The translations under genes were made by a program, and so were the position numbers. DNA of 59,356 nucleotides, the filler included, from Candidatus Woesearchaeota archaeon CG1_02_57_44 (GTDB taxonomy: Archaea > Nanobdellota > Nanobdellia > Woesearchaeales > CG1-02-57-44), in NCBI GenBank assembly GCA_001871415.1. It is 3 parts of 3 records of this genome, joined end to end, with 100 filler letters (N's around TTAATTAATTAA, not from the genome) between each part and the next. Parts side by side here need not be neighbours in the genome. Positions count along the whole stretch, not along the records: positions 1 to 26,192 come from MNWW01000011.1; 2 more parts are not named here. One strand, written 5' to 3'. This document shows positions 9,113-19,179 of the stretch, in pieces (positions within the stretch are counted from its first letter, which is position 1; each line of letters begins with the position of its first letter). A model generated the notes under the pieces. The model did not search any database. It worked only from the letters and a program-made list of their open reading frames with translations, and had not been told where the DNA came from.

Positions 9113-9543
9113 GCGCCTCTAAGGCAGCCACTGTCGCCGACACGAACGCGTCGCCTGTCAAGGCAGCGGCGAAGAGCAAGGCCGCGGTAGCTGATGCTCC
9201 TGTCGCTCAGGACGCTGCTACTGATAAGGCGCCAGCAAAACAGACTGCGCCCTCCAAGTCGGCCAAGACCATCAGCGCGACGGATGATGATGCCCCCGCG
9301 CTTCCAGCGACGCTGCACGGCAAGGACTTCGTCGGTCGCGTCGTATCTGCCAAGATGCAGCGCACGGTCACGGTCGAGTGGGACAGGTCTGTATACAATC
9401 GCAAGTATGAGCGGTATAGCCAGCGGCGCAGCCGCGTGCACGCGCGCAATATAGTCAATGCCAAGGAAGGTGACAAGGTCAGGATCCGCGAAAGCCGAAG
9501 CCTCGCCAAGAGTGTCTCCTTTGTCGTGGTAGAGGTGCTCTGA
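9109..9543 (+). CDS. rps17: 30S ribosomal protein uS17 with Ala/Lys-rich N-extension
   Basis: GRVVSAKMQRTVTV, KYERY, GDKVRI..SFVV; ATG 9109 after AGGAG, ATGA overlap. Confidence 0.95.
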   Translation: MSASKAATVADTNASPVKAAAKSKAAVADAPVAQDAATDKAPAKQTAPSKSAKTISATDDDAPALPATLHGKDFVGRVVSAKMQRTVTVEWDRSVYNRKYERYSQRRSRVHARNIVNAKEGDKVRIRESRSLAKSVSFVVVEVL

Positions 9544-9944
9544 TGGAAAGCATCAAGGCCAATGTGACCAAGGCCATCCCTGTCGGCGCGCATATCCCTA
9601 CCTGCGACAACAGCGGCGCGAAGGTCATCAAGGTCTTTGGTGTGCTGCGCAGCAAGACTGTCAAAGGTCGCTATCCCGCGGCAGGCGTCGGTGACATCGT
9701 CATGGCGTCAGTCAAGAAGGGCAGGCCTGACATGCGAAAGCAGGTCGTGCTGGCGGTCATCGTCAGGCAGCGCAAGGAATATCGACGCGTGGACGGCACG
9801 CGCATCAAGTTCGAGGACAACGCGGCAGTCGTGCTCAAGGACAACAAGGGCAACCCCAAAGGGACCATCCTGAAAGGCGCCATCGCCAAGGAAGCCAGCG
9901 AGCGCTGGCCAGCGGTCGCGAAACTCGCGAGCATCGTCGTGTAA
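9543..9944 (+). CDS. rpl14: 50S ribosomal protein uL14
   Basis: CDNSGAK, AVIVRQRKEYRR, FEDNAAV. Confidence 0.98.
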   Translation: MESIKANVTKAIPVGAHIPTCDNSGAKVIKVFGVLRSKTVKGRYPAAGVGDIVMASVKKGRPDMRKQVVLAVIVRQRKEYRRVDGTRIKFEDNAAVVLKDNKGNPKGTILKGAIAKEASERWPAVAKLASIVV

Positions 9945-10029
9945 GAACCATACGAAAAAGAGCACGAACGCAAGGACGGCAAACAAACGCATCAACATCA
10001 TCGGAAACAACAGCATCACGGGAACAATC

Positions 10030-10539
10030 ATGGCAGACAACAAATGGAGCAGCGCCTGGACGGCGAGCAGCAAGCCCAAGAAGCAGCGGCTCTATGTACG
10101 CCGCGCGCCGTTGCACCGGCAAAGCAAGCTTGTCAGCTGTTCGCTCGCCAAGGATCTTCGCGCAAAGCACGGTCGTCGTACCATACCTATCCGCACGGGA
10201 GACAAGGTCAGGATCATGCGCGGCTCGCATAAGGGCAAGACGCCTGTCGTCGCCAGTGTCAACCGGGCCAAGCGGCGTGTCTACCTGGAAGGCATCCAGG
10301 TCACCAAGAAGGAAGGGACCAAGGTCAATATCCCCTTCGCCATATCCAACCTGCAGATAATCGATGTCAAGGACGCCACGCGCAGGTTCAAGCAGAGCGA
10401 GAAGAAGGATACCGCAGGCCAGAAGACAAAGATACAGAAGGCTGTTGCTCCGACGGGCAAGACCCCTGGCGCAGCAAAAAAAGCGCAGGTCCCTGCAGGA
10501 ACAGCATCAGCAAATCCGATCAAAGGTGATACCAAGTGA
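10030..10539 (+). CDS. rpl24: 50S ribosomal protein uL24 with basic tail
   Basis: SKPKKQR, APLH, KOW motif GDKVRIMRG. Confidence 0.96.
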   Translation: MADNKWSSAWTASSKPKKQRLYVRRAPLHRQSKLVSCSLAKDLRAKHGRRTIPIRTGDKVRIMRGSHKGKTPVVASVNRAKRRVYLEGIQVTKKEGTKVNIPFAISNLQIIDVKDATRRFKQSEKKDTAGQKTKIQKAVAPTGKTPGAAKKAQVPAGTASANPIKGDTK

Positions 10540-11240
10540 AATCACACGCAAAGCGCCTCGCCCTACCGCGCACATGGGCAGTAGCCCGCAAATCCGGCAC
10601 ATTCATTGTCAGGCCCAACCCAGGCGGGCATCCACGCGCTTACAGCCTGAGCATCGCGACATTCCTGCGCGAGTACGCGCACCTGGCGAGCACGCTCAAG
10701 GAAGCACGCCAACTGCTCAACGCCGGAAAGGTCTCTGTCAGCGGCAGGGTGCGCAAGGACTACCAGTATCCGGTCGGCCTCTTTGACGTGGTCAGCATCG
10801 GCGAGACGCATCTGCGACTGGTGCTCGACGTGCACGGTCGTCTCATCACGGTCACTGCGGATCATCCGGAACGCACCATCATGCGCGTCACAGCCAAATC
10901 CATGGTTGAAGATAAGGTGCAGCTCAACTGCGCGGGCGGACGCAATCTCCTGATAGCCAAAGACAACGCGAGCGTCGCCAAGAACTACAAGGTAGGGGAC
11001 GCGCTGCTCGTCACGCTTCCCAGCCAGGATGTCATCGATCACTTCCCGTTCGAGAAAGGCGTCGTCGTCTTCCTCACCGGTGGCAGTCATCCTGGTCAGG
11101 TAGGCACGGTGGAGCAGATAAAAGGCAGGAATGTTGTCTTCAAGCTGCCCAGTGGCGAGATCTTCGCCACCATGCGCCGCTTCGCTATTCCCGTCGGCAA
11201 GACGGAGCCAGCAATCACTGTCACGGCCAAGAAGAACTAA
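10536..11240 (+). CDS. rps4e: 30S ribosomal protein eS4
   Basis: HAKRLALPRTW, PVGLFDVVSI, TGGSHPG. Confidence 0.97.
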   Translation: MKSHAKRLALPRTWAVARKSGTFIVRPNPGGHPRAYSLSIATFLREYAHLASTLKEARQLLNAGKVSVSGRVRKDYQYPVGLFDVVSIGETHLRLVLDVHGRLITVTADHPERTIMRVTAKSMVEDKVQLNCAGGRNLLIAKDNASVAKNYKVGDALLVTLPSQDVIDHFPFEKGVVVFLTGGSHPGQVGTVEQIKGRNVVFKLPSGEIFATMRRFAIPVGKTEPAITVTAKKN

Positions 11241-11280
11241 TGCATCAATGTATCACACAACCACTCACAGTTGAACCGAA

Positions 11281-11793
11281 ATGAACCATCCTATGAAAAA
11301 CATCCGGATAGAGAAGCTGACGCTGAATGTCGGCGCAGGAAAGAACCAGCAGGTGCTCGAGAAGGGCCTCAAGCTCATCGAGAGCATAGCTGGTGTCCCG
11401 CCGGTCAAGACCATCACGCAAAAGCGCATCCAGGCATGGGGACTTCGTCCTGGTCTACCGATAGGATGCAAGATCACGCTTCGCGGAGAAAAGGCCGCAG
11501 AACTCTTGCCACGCCTGCTCGCGGCCAAAGAGAAGACACTGCGCTCCTCTCAGATGGGGCCTGGCAATGTGAGCTTTGGCATCCACGAATATATCGATGT
11601 CCCTGGTGTCAACTACGACCCTGACATCGGCATCATGGGCTTTGAGGTCTGCGTCACGCTGGAGCGCCCGGGTTACGGCGTCAAGCGCCGCCGCGCACAT
11701 CGCGCGAAGGTCGGCAACAAGCACCTCATCACCAAAGAAGACACAGTCGCATACATGAAAGAAACGTACCAAGTACAGGTGGATGCCTCATGA
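11281..11793 (+). CDS. rpl5: 50S ribosomal protein uL5
   Basis: IEKLTLNVG, PIGCKITLRG, GNVSFGI, YDPDIGIMG. Confidence 0.98.
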   Translation: MNHPMKNIRIEKLTLNVGAGKNQQVLEKGLKLIESIAGVPPVKTITQKRIQAWGLRPGLPIGCKITLRGEKAAELLPRLLAAKEKTLRSSQMGPGNVSFGIHEYIDVPGVNYDPDIGIMGFEVCVTLERPGYGVKRRRAHRAKVGNKHLITKEDTVAYMKETYQVQVDAS

Positions 11794-12020
11794 CGGTAAG
11801 CTCCTACAAAAAAGTCGCCAAGCAGCTCAAGACCAAGCCGGCGAAGCTCAAGAAGTTCCTGAAGCACAACTCCCCTAAGGAGCGCTCCACGGGGCTATCC
11901 AAGCGCAAATGCCGCCGCTGCCAGCGCACCGGAGCGCACATCCGCTCCTACGGACTGCACTTGTGCAGGCACTGCTTCCGGGAAATAGCGCCAAGCATAG
12001 GATTCAAGAAATTCAACTGA
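11790..12020 (+). CDS. rps14: 30S ribosomal protein uS14 (Zn-binding, N-extended)
   Basis: CRRC..YGLHLCRHCFREIA..GFKK. Confidence 0.97.
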   Translation: MTVSSYKKVAKQLKTKPAKLKKFLKHNSPKERSTGLSKRKCRRCQRTGAHIRSYGLHLCRHCFREIAPSIGFKKFN

Positions 12021-12074
12021 CGCCCAACGAAACGCAATCAGACCATACTGACACAAGAAACACAAGGTGAATAC

Positions 12075-12464
12075 ATGGCAAGCAATGACCCACTCGCAAA
12101 CGCATTGTCCAAGATCAACAATGCGGAAGCGCGCAGCAAGCCAGATGTCCTCCTCACTCCGGTCAGCACCATCATCCAGAGCTGCCTGACGCTCATGCAG
12201 GAGCATGGCTTCATCACAGGCACGACGGAAGAGGAAGGCGTGGGCAAGAAGCTTCGCGTCAAGCTCAACGGCAGGATCAACAAGTGCGGTGCCATCAAGC
12301 CACGCTTTATGACCAAGGCATCAGAGCTCGAGAAGCATGAGCAGCGCTACCTGCCTGCCAAGGACTTCGGTATCCTGGTGCTGAGCACCAGCTCGGGCAT
12401 GATCACGCACTACGAGGCGAAGAAGAAAGGCATCGGCGGCAGGCTCATCGCCTACTGCTACTGA
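12075..12464 (+). CDS. rps8: 30S ribosomal protein uS8
   Basis: DPLANAL, GRINKCGAIKPRF, GGRLIAYCY. Confidence 0.98.
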   Translation: MASNDPLANALSKINNAEARSKPDVLLTPVSTIIQSCLTLMQEHGFITGTTEEEGVGKKLRVKLNGRINKCGAIKPRFMTKASELEKHEQRYLPAKDFGILVLSTSSGMITHYEAKKKGIGGRLIAYCY

Positions 12465-12526
12465 ACACACACGGACAAGGACCATCCCAGAAACCAATGC
12501 ATCCTAGCAACACAGAAACGATCACC

Positions 12527-13066
12527 ATGAAAGCGACCATCAATGAAACCGTGGATCTCCCTGAGGGAGTCAGCGCGAGCATGTCCGATACTGTCATCAC
12601 GCTCAAGGGCGCCAAGGGAGAGATCTCCAAACGCGTGGCGGATGGCAAGATCAGCTGTGTGGTCACGGACAATGTGGTCACCTTGCACGCGGATGATGGC
12701 ACCAAACGCGAGAAGGCGCGCATCGGCTCGGCCAAGGCGCACATAAAGAACATGATAAAAGGCGTGACCAATGGCTATACGTACATGCTCAAGGTCTGCG
12801 CAGGCCACTTCCCCATGAATATCACGGCCAGCAAAGATTCCTTCCAGGTCAAGAACTTCATGGGTGAGAAGGTCCCGCGCAAGATGAGTGTCGATCCCAC
12901 GGTCAAGATCAAGGTCGCTGGTGATATCATCACGGTCGAAGGCACCAGCAAGGAAGCGGTCAGCCAGCAGGCGGCCCGCATCGAGCAGCTCACCCGTATC
13001 TGCGGGAAGGACCGTCGCATCTTCCAGGATGGCATCTATATCACCAGCAAGGGTGATGGCGAATGA
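12527..13066 (+). CDS. rpl6: 50S ribosomal protein uL6
   Basis: HIKNMIKGVT, HFPM, NFMGEK, DRRIFQDGIYI. Confidence 0.97.
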   Translation: MKATINETVDLPEGVSASMSDTVITLKGAKGEISKRVADGKISCVVTDNVVTLHADDGTKREKARIGSAKAHIKNMIKGVTNGYTYMLKVCAGHFPMNITASKDSFQVKNFMGEKVPRKMSVDPTVKIKVAGDIITVEGTSKEAVSQQAARIEQLTRICGKDRRIFQDGIYITSKGDGE

Positions 13067-13662
13067 CGAACTTCCGCAGGCAGGATTCACACAAGAAAAA
13101 GAGATTGGCCCGCAGCGGCTGGCGCAGCTCGCGCGGCGTGCACAGCAAGGTCCGCCATGACATGAAAGGACGCGTCCCTAAGGTCAAGGTCGGCTATCGC
13201 AACGCTGCTCTCGGCCGCGGCGGCGATGTCGTCTTGGTGCGCTCGTTGGAGGAGTGTCTGGCACTCACAGCAGGGACGAGGATCCGCATCGCCCGTACGC
13301 TGGGAACGCGCAAGAAGCTGGCCATCGCAGAGGAAGCGGTCAAGCGTAAGCTCATCTCTGTCAATATCAATCCCGAGGTGCTCAAACAGCGCCATGAGCA
13401 GCGCGCCTCTGAGAAGAAGGCCGCGCGCGAGCAGAAGAAGGAAGGTCTTGAGGAGAAGGCCAAGAAATCCAAGTCCGCAAAGCAGGACAAGGGCGCCAAA
13501 GCGTCTGACGCTCCGGCGACAGATGCGGGCAAGGGCGACAAGGCAGTCAAAGACGGCAAGGCGGGCGTGGCAGACAAGGCCTCTGAATCCGCTGAACCAA
13601 AGGATCGCACGGAGCAGATCCGCGAGGCAGAGAAGCTGCTCATCAAGAAAGGTCAAGCTTAG
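13063..13662 (+). CDS. rpl32e: 50S ribosomal protein eL32 with long charged tail
   Basis: FRRQDSH..WR..RG.HSKVR..VGYR; operon position. Confidence 0.93.
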   Translation: MTNFRRQDSHKKKRLARSGWRSSRGVHSKVRHDMKGRVPKVKVGYRNAALGRGGDVVLVRSLEECLALTAGTRIRIARTLGTRKKLAIAEEAVKRKLISVNINPEVLKQRHEQRASEKKAAREQKKEGLEEKAKKSKSAKQDKGAKASDAPATDAGKGDKAVKDGKAGVADKASESAEPKDRTEQIREAEKLLIKKGQA

Positions 13663-13683
13663 ATAATCACGAGATGAATACCC

Positions 13684-14127
13684 ATGGACCTACGAATACA
13701 AAAACGGCTGGCGTCATCCGTCCTCGGATGTTCGCCTAAGCGCGTCAAGCTCACGCCCAGTGATGAACTCAAAGAGGCCATCACCAAGGATGACATCCGC
13801 GCGCTCGTGCGCAAGGGCGGCATCCTGCGCGTCCAGAAGAGCGGGGTCTCCGGCGGCAGAAGCAGGAAGACCGCGGGCCAGAAGAGCAAGGGCCGCAGGC
13901 AAGGTCATGGCAGCAGGTCGGGCAAGGCAGGCAGCAGGCTGGGCCGCAAGGAGTCATGGATAGCGCGCATCCGCGCGCAGCGTGAGTTCCTCAAGGGGCT
14001 TCGCGAGCGCAAGACCATCAGCGACGCTGATTACAAGACACTCTATCGCAAGAGCGGTGGAGGGTTCTTCCGCAGCGTACGTCACATGAAACTCTTCATC
14101 GGCGAGCATCGCATGGTGAAAAAATGA
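13684..14127 (+). CDS. rpl19e: 50S ribosomal protein eL19
   Basis: QKRLASSVL, AITKDDIRAL, WIARIRAQR, GGFFRS. Confidence 0.97.
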   Translation: MDLRIQKRLASSVLGCSPKRVKLTPSDELKEAITKDDIRALVRKGGILRVQKSGVSGGRSRKTAGQKSKGRRQGHGSRSGKAGSRLGRKESWIARIRAQREFLKGLRERKTISDADYKTLYRKSGGGFFRSVRHMKLFIGEHRMVKK

Positions 14128-14669
14128 AAAACTTCAAATCCCGGACCGTGCCCTTCCGCAGGAGGCGCGAAGGCAGGACTGACTACAAGCAGCGCCTGCG
14201 CCTGCTCTCCAGCGGCAAGGCGCGCCTCGTCGTTCGCATCACGGGCAAGAACGCGCTTGCCCAGGCCGTGGTATCAGAGCACGGTCAGGATAAGGTTGTC
14301 GTCTCGGCGCACAGCCGCGAGCTCATCGGCATGGGATGGCAGCAGGGACGTAAGAACCTGCCGGCGGCATACCTCGTGGGCAGGCTGGCGGCCAAGCGCT
14401 GCGGAGCCGCGGGCATCACAGACCTCATTGTCGATCTGGGCCAGCAACGATCGGTCAAGGGATCACGCATCTACGCGCTCGTCAAGGGCGTCGTCGACGG
14501 TGGTGTCGTTATCCCGGTCGACGAGAAGATGTTCCCCTCTGAGGAGCGCCTCAATGGCACGCACATCATCGCGTACCATGGCAGCGCGAAGGAGCGCTTC
14601 ACCAAGAGCGACGCCGCGAAACTGGCGGAGCAGCGAGCAGCGGTGCTCGGCGCTATAGAGAAATCATAA
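14124..14669 (+). CDS. rpl18: 50S ribosomal protein uL18
   Basis: RRRREGRTDY, NLPAAYLVG, RLNGTHI. Confidence 0.97.
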   Translation: MKNFKSRTVPFRRRREGRTDYKQRLRLLSSGKARLVVRITGKNALAQAVVSEHGQDKVVVSAHSRELIGMGWQQGRKNLPAAYLVGRLAAKRCGAAGITDLIVDLGQQRSVKGSRIYALVKGVVDGGVVIPVDEKMFPSEERLNGTHIIAYHGSAKERFTKSDAAKLAEQRAAVLGAIEKS

Positions 14670-14760
14670 TGACATCATAGCCCTCAAAGAAATAGATGCC
14701 CCACGTTCCGGATACAAGCAAACAAACGCAACAAGGACCATACCGCTTCAGGTGTTAATC

Positions 14761-15498
14761 ATGGCAGAAAACGAAGACATAGTGATCGAGGATGATCTAG
14801 TCGAGACAGATGTCCCGCTGGATGAGGAGGACCTTCCGGTCCCGGTGCCGAAACTGTCCTGGAAACCCAAGACACGCATCGGCCGCCTCATCGCTGACGG
14901 GGTCATCACGGACATCGACACGCTCATCGATTCAGGACTGCCCATCATCGAGGCAGAAATCGTCGATCTGCTGCTGCCCGAGCTCAAGAACGACCTGCTC
15001 CTTGTCGGTCAGTCCAAGGGTAAATTCGGCGGCGGCCAGCGGCGTATCTTCCGGCAGACCCAGAAGAAGACCAAGGAAGGCAACAAGCCGCACTTCGGCA
15101 CCGCAGCGGTCGTGGGCGACGAGAATGGTCATGTGGGCATCGGCTTTGGCAAGAGCAAAGAGACTGTCCCTGCGAGGGAGAAGGCCGTGCGCAACGCCAA
15201 GAAGAATATCATCAAGGTCAGGCGCGGTTCAGGCAGCTGGGAATCCAACACCACAGAATTGCACAGCATCCCCTACAAGGTCACAGGCAAGGCAGGCAGC
15301 GTGCACGTCACGCTGTTTCCGGCTCCCAAAGGAACAGGCCTGAAGATACAGGGCGACTGTGCGAAGGTACTGGCCATGGCAGGCATCAAGGATGTCTGGA
15401 GCCAGACACGCGGCAGCACCAAGAGCACCATCAACCTCATCCAGGCGTGCTTCAATGCTCTCAAATCACTCAGTGAAGTCAAGGGTGGGGCGCAATGA
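14761..15498 (+). CDS. rps5: 30S ribosomal protein uS5
   Basis: WKPKTRIGR, VGDENGHVGIG, RGSGSWE, PAPKGTGL. Confidence 0.97.
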   Translation: MAENEDIVIEDDLVETDVPLDEEDLPVPVPKLSWKPKTRIGRLIADGVITDIDTLIDSGLPIIEAEIVDLLLPELKNDLLLVGQSKGKFGGGQRRIFRQTQKKTKEGNKPHFGTAAVVGDENGHVGIGFGKSKETVPAREKAVRNAKKNIIKVRRGSGSWESNTTELHSIPYKVTGKAGSVHVTLFPAPKGTGLKIQGDCAKVLAMAGIKDVWSQTRGSTKSTINLIQACFNALKSLSEVKGGAQ

Positions 15499-16040
15499 GC
15501 GAGTCTACACCTGAAAAAGCTGTGGTGGTAAAGCCTGCTGCCGCAAAGAAAGCGGCGGCAAAGCCAGTTGTTGCAGCGGCAAAGCCCGCTGCTGCGGTGG
15601 CAAAGCCAGCATCTGTTACCGCTTCTGCTCCAGCGTCCAAGTCTAAGGCGACATCCGTGCCCGCGACGCAGAGCGCAAGGGATACGCGCAGTGGCAAGAA
15701 ACGGTTGCCCACCAAGGCACTCGTGGGCAAGACCATCTGCATCGTGCGCGTGCGCGGGCAGACTGGTGTCAAACCAGCGGCCAGGAGCGCTATGACTGGT
15801 CTGGGCATAGAGCGCAGGCACAGCTACGCGGTCATTGAAGCTACCGCGCAGACCATGGGCCTGCTCATGCGCATCAAGGACTTCTGCACGTTCGGCACTA
15901 TCACCGAGGAGACCAAGCAGTCACTTAAGCCCTTGCAGTCCCCGCGCGGCGGCTGGAAGAGCTGCAAGCGCGCATGGCCCAAGGGCGCTCTCGGGATACG
16001 CCAGGATATGGACGCACTTATCGCGAGGATGCTCCCATGA
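15495..16040 (+). CDS. rpl30: 50S ribosomal protein uL30 with Ala/Lys/Pro N-extension
   Basis: IVRVRG, KDFCTFG, PRGG, GALG..LIARM. Confidence 0.92.
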   Translation: MSESTPEKAVVVKPAAAKKAAAKPVVAAAKPAAAVAKPASVTASAPASKSKATSVPATQSARDTRSGKKRLPTKALVGKTICIVRVRGQTGVKPAARSAMTGLGIERRHSYAVIEATAQTMGLLMRIKDFCTFGTITEETKQSLKPLQSPRGGWKSCKRAWPKGALGIRQDMDALIARMLP

Positions 16041-16489
16041 ACACCAAGCGCAAGAAAGTCACGAAACAGCGCGGCAGCCACACGCACGGCGGTGGCGCCA
16101 AGAAGAAGCGCCGCGGAGCAGGCCATCGCGGTGGCGTCGGCATGGCAGGCACCGGCAAGCGCGCGGATGTCAAGAAACCCAGCATCTGGGGCTCACGTTA
16201 CTTCGGCAAGCATGGCTTCAAGAGCAAGCCGGACACTGTCCTTCCACCGAGCATCAATGTCCAGCAGCTCGACGAGCAGGCGGACAGCTTTGTCTCGGCA
16301 GGGCTCGGCAAGAAGGAAGGCGACGCGTATCACATCGACCTCGTGGCAGCGGGATATGGCAAGGTACTCGGCAATGGAAAGATAAATCGAAAGCTTCATA
16401 TAAAAGCTCGCTCGTTCTCCATTAAGGCCCAGGAGGCCATCACCGCAGCAGGGGGCAGTGCAGAGCAATGGCGTTCGCAGACATCCTAA
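16037..16489 (+). CDS. rpl15: 50S ribosomal protein uL15
   Basis: RGSHTHG, RGAGHRGG.GMAG, FGKHGF, KVLGNG; ATGA overlap. Confidence 0.97.
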   Translation: MNTKRKKVTKQRGSHTHGGGAKKKRRGAGHRGGVGMAGTGKRADVKKPSIWGSRYFGKHGFKSKPDTVLPPSINVQQLDEQADSFVSAGLGKKEGDAYHIDLVAAGYGKVLGNGKINRKLHIKARSFSIKAQEAITAAGGSAEQWRSQTS

Positions 16490-17856
16490 CCAATCTACCT
16501 GAGGTCGCAAGTCCCACACAAAAGCGCCTCTCCTTCAAGGAGAAGCTCAAGTGGACCCTGACCATCCTTGTCGCCTATTATATCCTCGGCCATGTCCCTC
16601 TCTTCGGGCTTGGCGCGAACGCTCTCGCGCAGTTCGAGTTTCTGAGCATCATCCTCGGCGCGAAATTCGGCAGCCTCATCTCGCTTGGTATCGGTCCTAT
16701 CGTCACGGCCAGCATCGTCTTGCAGCTGCTCAACGGCTCGGGCATCGTGAAGTTCGATCTTACCACACACGATGGCAAGCGCTTCTTCCAGGGACTCCAG
16801 AAGCTTCTCTCCATCGGCTTCATCATCTTCGAGGCCATCATCTATGTGATGATGGGCGGCCTGCAGCCCAGCGTCGCCGTAGGCAGTCCGTTCTACACCC
16901 CTCTTGTCTGGATGCTCATTCTGCAGCTGACCATCGGCGGCCTGCTCATCATGTTCATGGACGAGGTCGTCAGCAAGTGGGGCTTTGGCTCAGGCCTCTC
17001 CCTCTTCATCGCCGCAGGCGTCTCTGAGCAGATATTCATCAGGACGTTCTCGCCGCTGACGAGCGCTGCCAACCCAGACGTCGCCATAGGCGCGCTGCCT
17101 GCCATGGTGCAGTCGCTGGCCAGAGGACAGCCCACGGAAGCCGGACTGCTGCTCGCCGGCGTGCTGGCCACGGTCATCGTGTTCGCCATGAGCGTCTACG
17201 CGCAGGCCATGAAGGTCGAGATACCCTTATCATTTGGCAGGGTCAGGGGTCATGGTATCCGCTGGCCGCTCAGCTTCATCTATACCAGCAACATCCCGGT
17301 CATCCTCGTCGCGGCGTTGCTGGCCAACATCCAGCTCTGGGCGCGATTGCTGCAGAACTGGGGACACCCCTTCCTTGGGACGTTCGCGGGCAACAGCCCG
17401 GCGTCAGGCCTTGTTCTGTGGATGACGCCCACCAATATGGTCAGGGCGTTTCTCACCGGCAGTATGACGTCTGCTATTCTTTGGCATTCTCTTGCGTATA
17501 TCTCCTTCATGATGATAGGATGTGTCATCTTCAGCTGGTTCTGGGTGCAGACCAGCGGCATGGACGCGCGCAGCCAGGCCAAACAGATGATATCATCAGG
17601 CCTGCAGATACCCGGATTCAGGCGCGATGAGCGCGTGCTTGAGCGCCTGCTCGAGCGTTACATCGGACCGCTCACGGTCATGGGCGCGATAGCGGTAGGC
17701 ATCCTCGCCGCTGTCGCTGATATCGCCGGAGCGCTCTCCAGCGGCACAGGCATATTGCTCGCGGTCATGATCATCTTCAAGCTCTATGAGGAGATTGCCC
17801 AGCAGCACCTCATGGACATGAACCCGATGATGCGCAAGTTCATGGGGAAGGCATGA
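16468..17856 (+). CDS. secY: Preprotein translocase SecY
   Basis: LGIGPIVTASIVLQLL, KWGFGSG.SLFI, YTSNIPVIL, QIPGFR; ~10 TM segments. Confidence 0.98.
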   Translation: MAFADILTNLPEVASPTQKRLSFKEKLKWTLTILVAYYILGHVPLFGLGANALAQFEFLSIILGAKFGSLISLGIGPIVTASIVLQLLNGSGIVKFDLTTHDGKRFFQGLQKLLSIGFIIFEAIIYVMMGGLQPSVAVGSPFYTPLVWMLILQLTIGGLLIMFMDEVVSKWGFGSGLSLFIAAGVSEQIFIRTFSPLTSAANPDVAIGALPAMVQSLARGQPTEAGLLLAGVLATVIVFAMSVYAQAMKVEIPLSFGRVRGHGIRWPLSFIYTSNIPVILVAALLANIQLWARLLQNWGHPFLGTFAGNSPASGLVLWMTPTNMVRAFLTGSMTSAILWHSLAYISFMMIGCVIFSWFWVQTSGMDARSQAKQMISSGLQIPGFRRDERVLERLLERYIGPLTVMGAIAVGILAAVADIAGALSSGTGILLAVMIIFKLYEEIAQQHLMDMNPMMRKFMGKA

Positions 17857-18599
17857 TGATACTGGATAGTGTCTTTCAGCCCCTGTTCCTTCTTCCTGCA
17901 TGGCAGGCCATACTGATCGTCGCTCTTCTGCTGACACTTGGCCTGACGCTCGCCTACAAGCATCTCACGGACCAGAAGCTCATGAAGCAGCTGCGCGAGG
18001 ACATAAAGAAGTATCAGGTCGAAGCGCGCGCCCAGCGCAGCAACCCCGAGGAGATGATGCGCATCAACGCCAAGGCCATGGAGGTGAACATGCAATACAT
18101 GCGCCACTCCATGCGGCCGACGCTGTTCACCATGATCCCCATCATCATCCTCATCGGCTACCTGCACGCGCATCTCGTGTATGAGCCCTTGCAGCCGGAT
18201 GTTCCCTTTGATGTCACGCTGCATTTCCTGCCCGGCGCGCAGGGCAGTGTCACCCTGGATGTCCCTCATGGCATGGAATCATTGTCCGGCTCCGTGCTTC
18301 CCATCATCGCTGATAAGACTGTGTATACAATGCAAGGGGACCCGGGGACCTATCAGTTGGCGTTCACCTATGGCAGCAGGGCCTACACAAAGAACATCAT
18401 CATCACCACGCAGCGCTTCTACGAGCCGCCCGTGCAGACGTATGAAGGCGACCTGAAGGACATCACGGTGCAGATGGAATATCTGCATCCGTTCGGCGAC
18501 CTTGGGATCTTCGGCTGGCATCCCGGCTGGCTGGGGGTCTATATCATCTTCTCTATCATCTTCAGCACGCTGCTGCGGAAAGGATTGGGGCTGCACTGA
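17853..18599 (+). CDS. DUF106 / EMC3-TMCO1 (Oxa1 superfamily) membrane protein
   Basis: TM, coiled coil, MRPTLFTMIP, C-terminal GWLGVYI..S..LRK; follows secY. Confidence 0.88.
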   Translation: MMILDSVFQPLFLLPAWQAILIVALLLTLGLTLAYKHLTDQKLMKQLREDIKKYQVEARAQRSNPEEMMRINAKAMEVNMQYMRHSMRPTLFTMIPIIILIGYLHAHLVYEPLQPDVPFDVTLHFLPGAQGSVTLDVPHGMESLSGSVLPIIADKTVYTMQGDPGTYQLAFTYGSRAYTKNIIITTQRFYEPPVQTYEGDLKDITVQMEYLHPFGDLGIFGWHPGWLGVYIIFSIIFSTLLRKGLGLH

Positions 18600-18701
18600 A
18601 CAGGGTATTCTGGGAGGTATATGTCAAGCATCTCTCTGTAGCTTTCTGGTCTGTTTTTTTCGGCCGCAAGGTTTTTAAATCGACCTCGTTTTCCCGGCTC
18701 C

Positions 18702-18959
18702 ATGCCAACAAGAGCGCAGCGCTCCGGACATTACCGCAAGACCAAGGTACGTTTGCCAGGCGGTAGCACGGAGACCCATTACACGCCGCATCGGCCCAAG
18801 CAGGCCACCTGCGGCACCTGCGGCGCGAAGCTGCACGGTGTGCCACGCGCGCTGCCAGCGGAGATTAAGCGCATCGCGAAATCATCCCTTCGTCCTACGC
18901 GGGCTTATGGGGGGACGCTCTGCAGCAAGTGCTCCCGCGAAGCTCTCAAGGCATTGTAA
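18702..18959 (+). CDS. rpl34e: 50S ribosomal protein eL34
   Basis: RLPGG, CGTCG..LHGV, RPTRAYGGTLCSKC; own TATA at 18673. Confidence 0.96.
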   Translation: MPTRAQRSGHYRKTKVRLPGGSTETHYTPHRPKQATCGTCGAKLHGVPRALPAEIKRIAKSSLRPTRAYGGTLCSKCSREALKAL

Positions 18960-19179
18960 TGAAATAAGCGCGGCAACGCGCACCATGGCTTTCACAGTCA
19001 TGCGCCCTGGCGACAGGAGCGCATTCTGTACGATACGCGGTTCCCATCGGTGATTTTGTGCATGGATGGGAATGGCAGTAGAAGGGAATAGCAGTAGGCA
19101 AGGACTGTAATGGACTTCAATTCATCAGGTATCCAGTTACCATACAGTTCAATCACATAAGCGACACGGAGTGATTCAC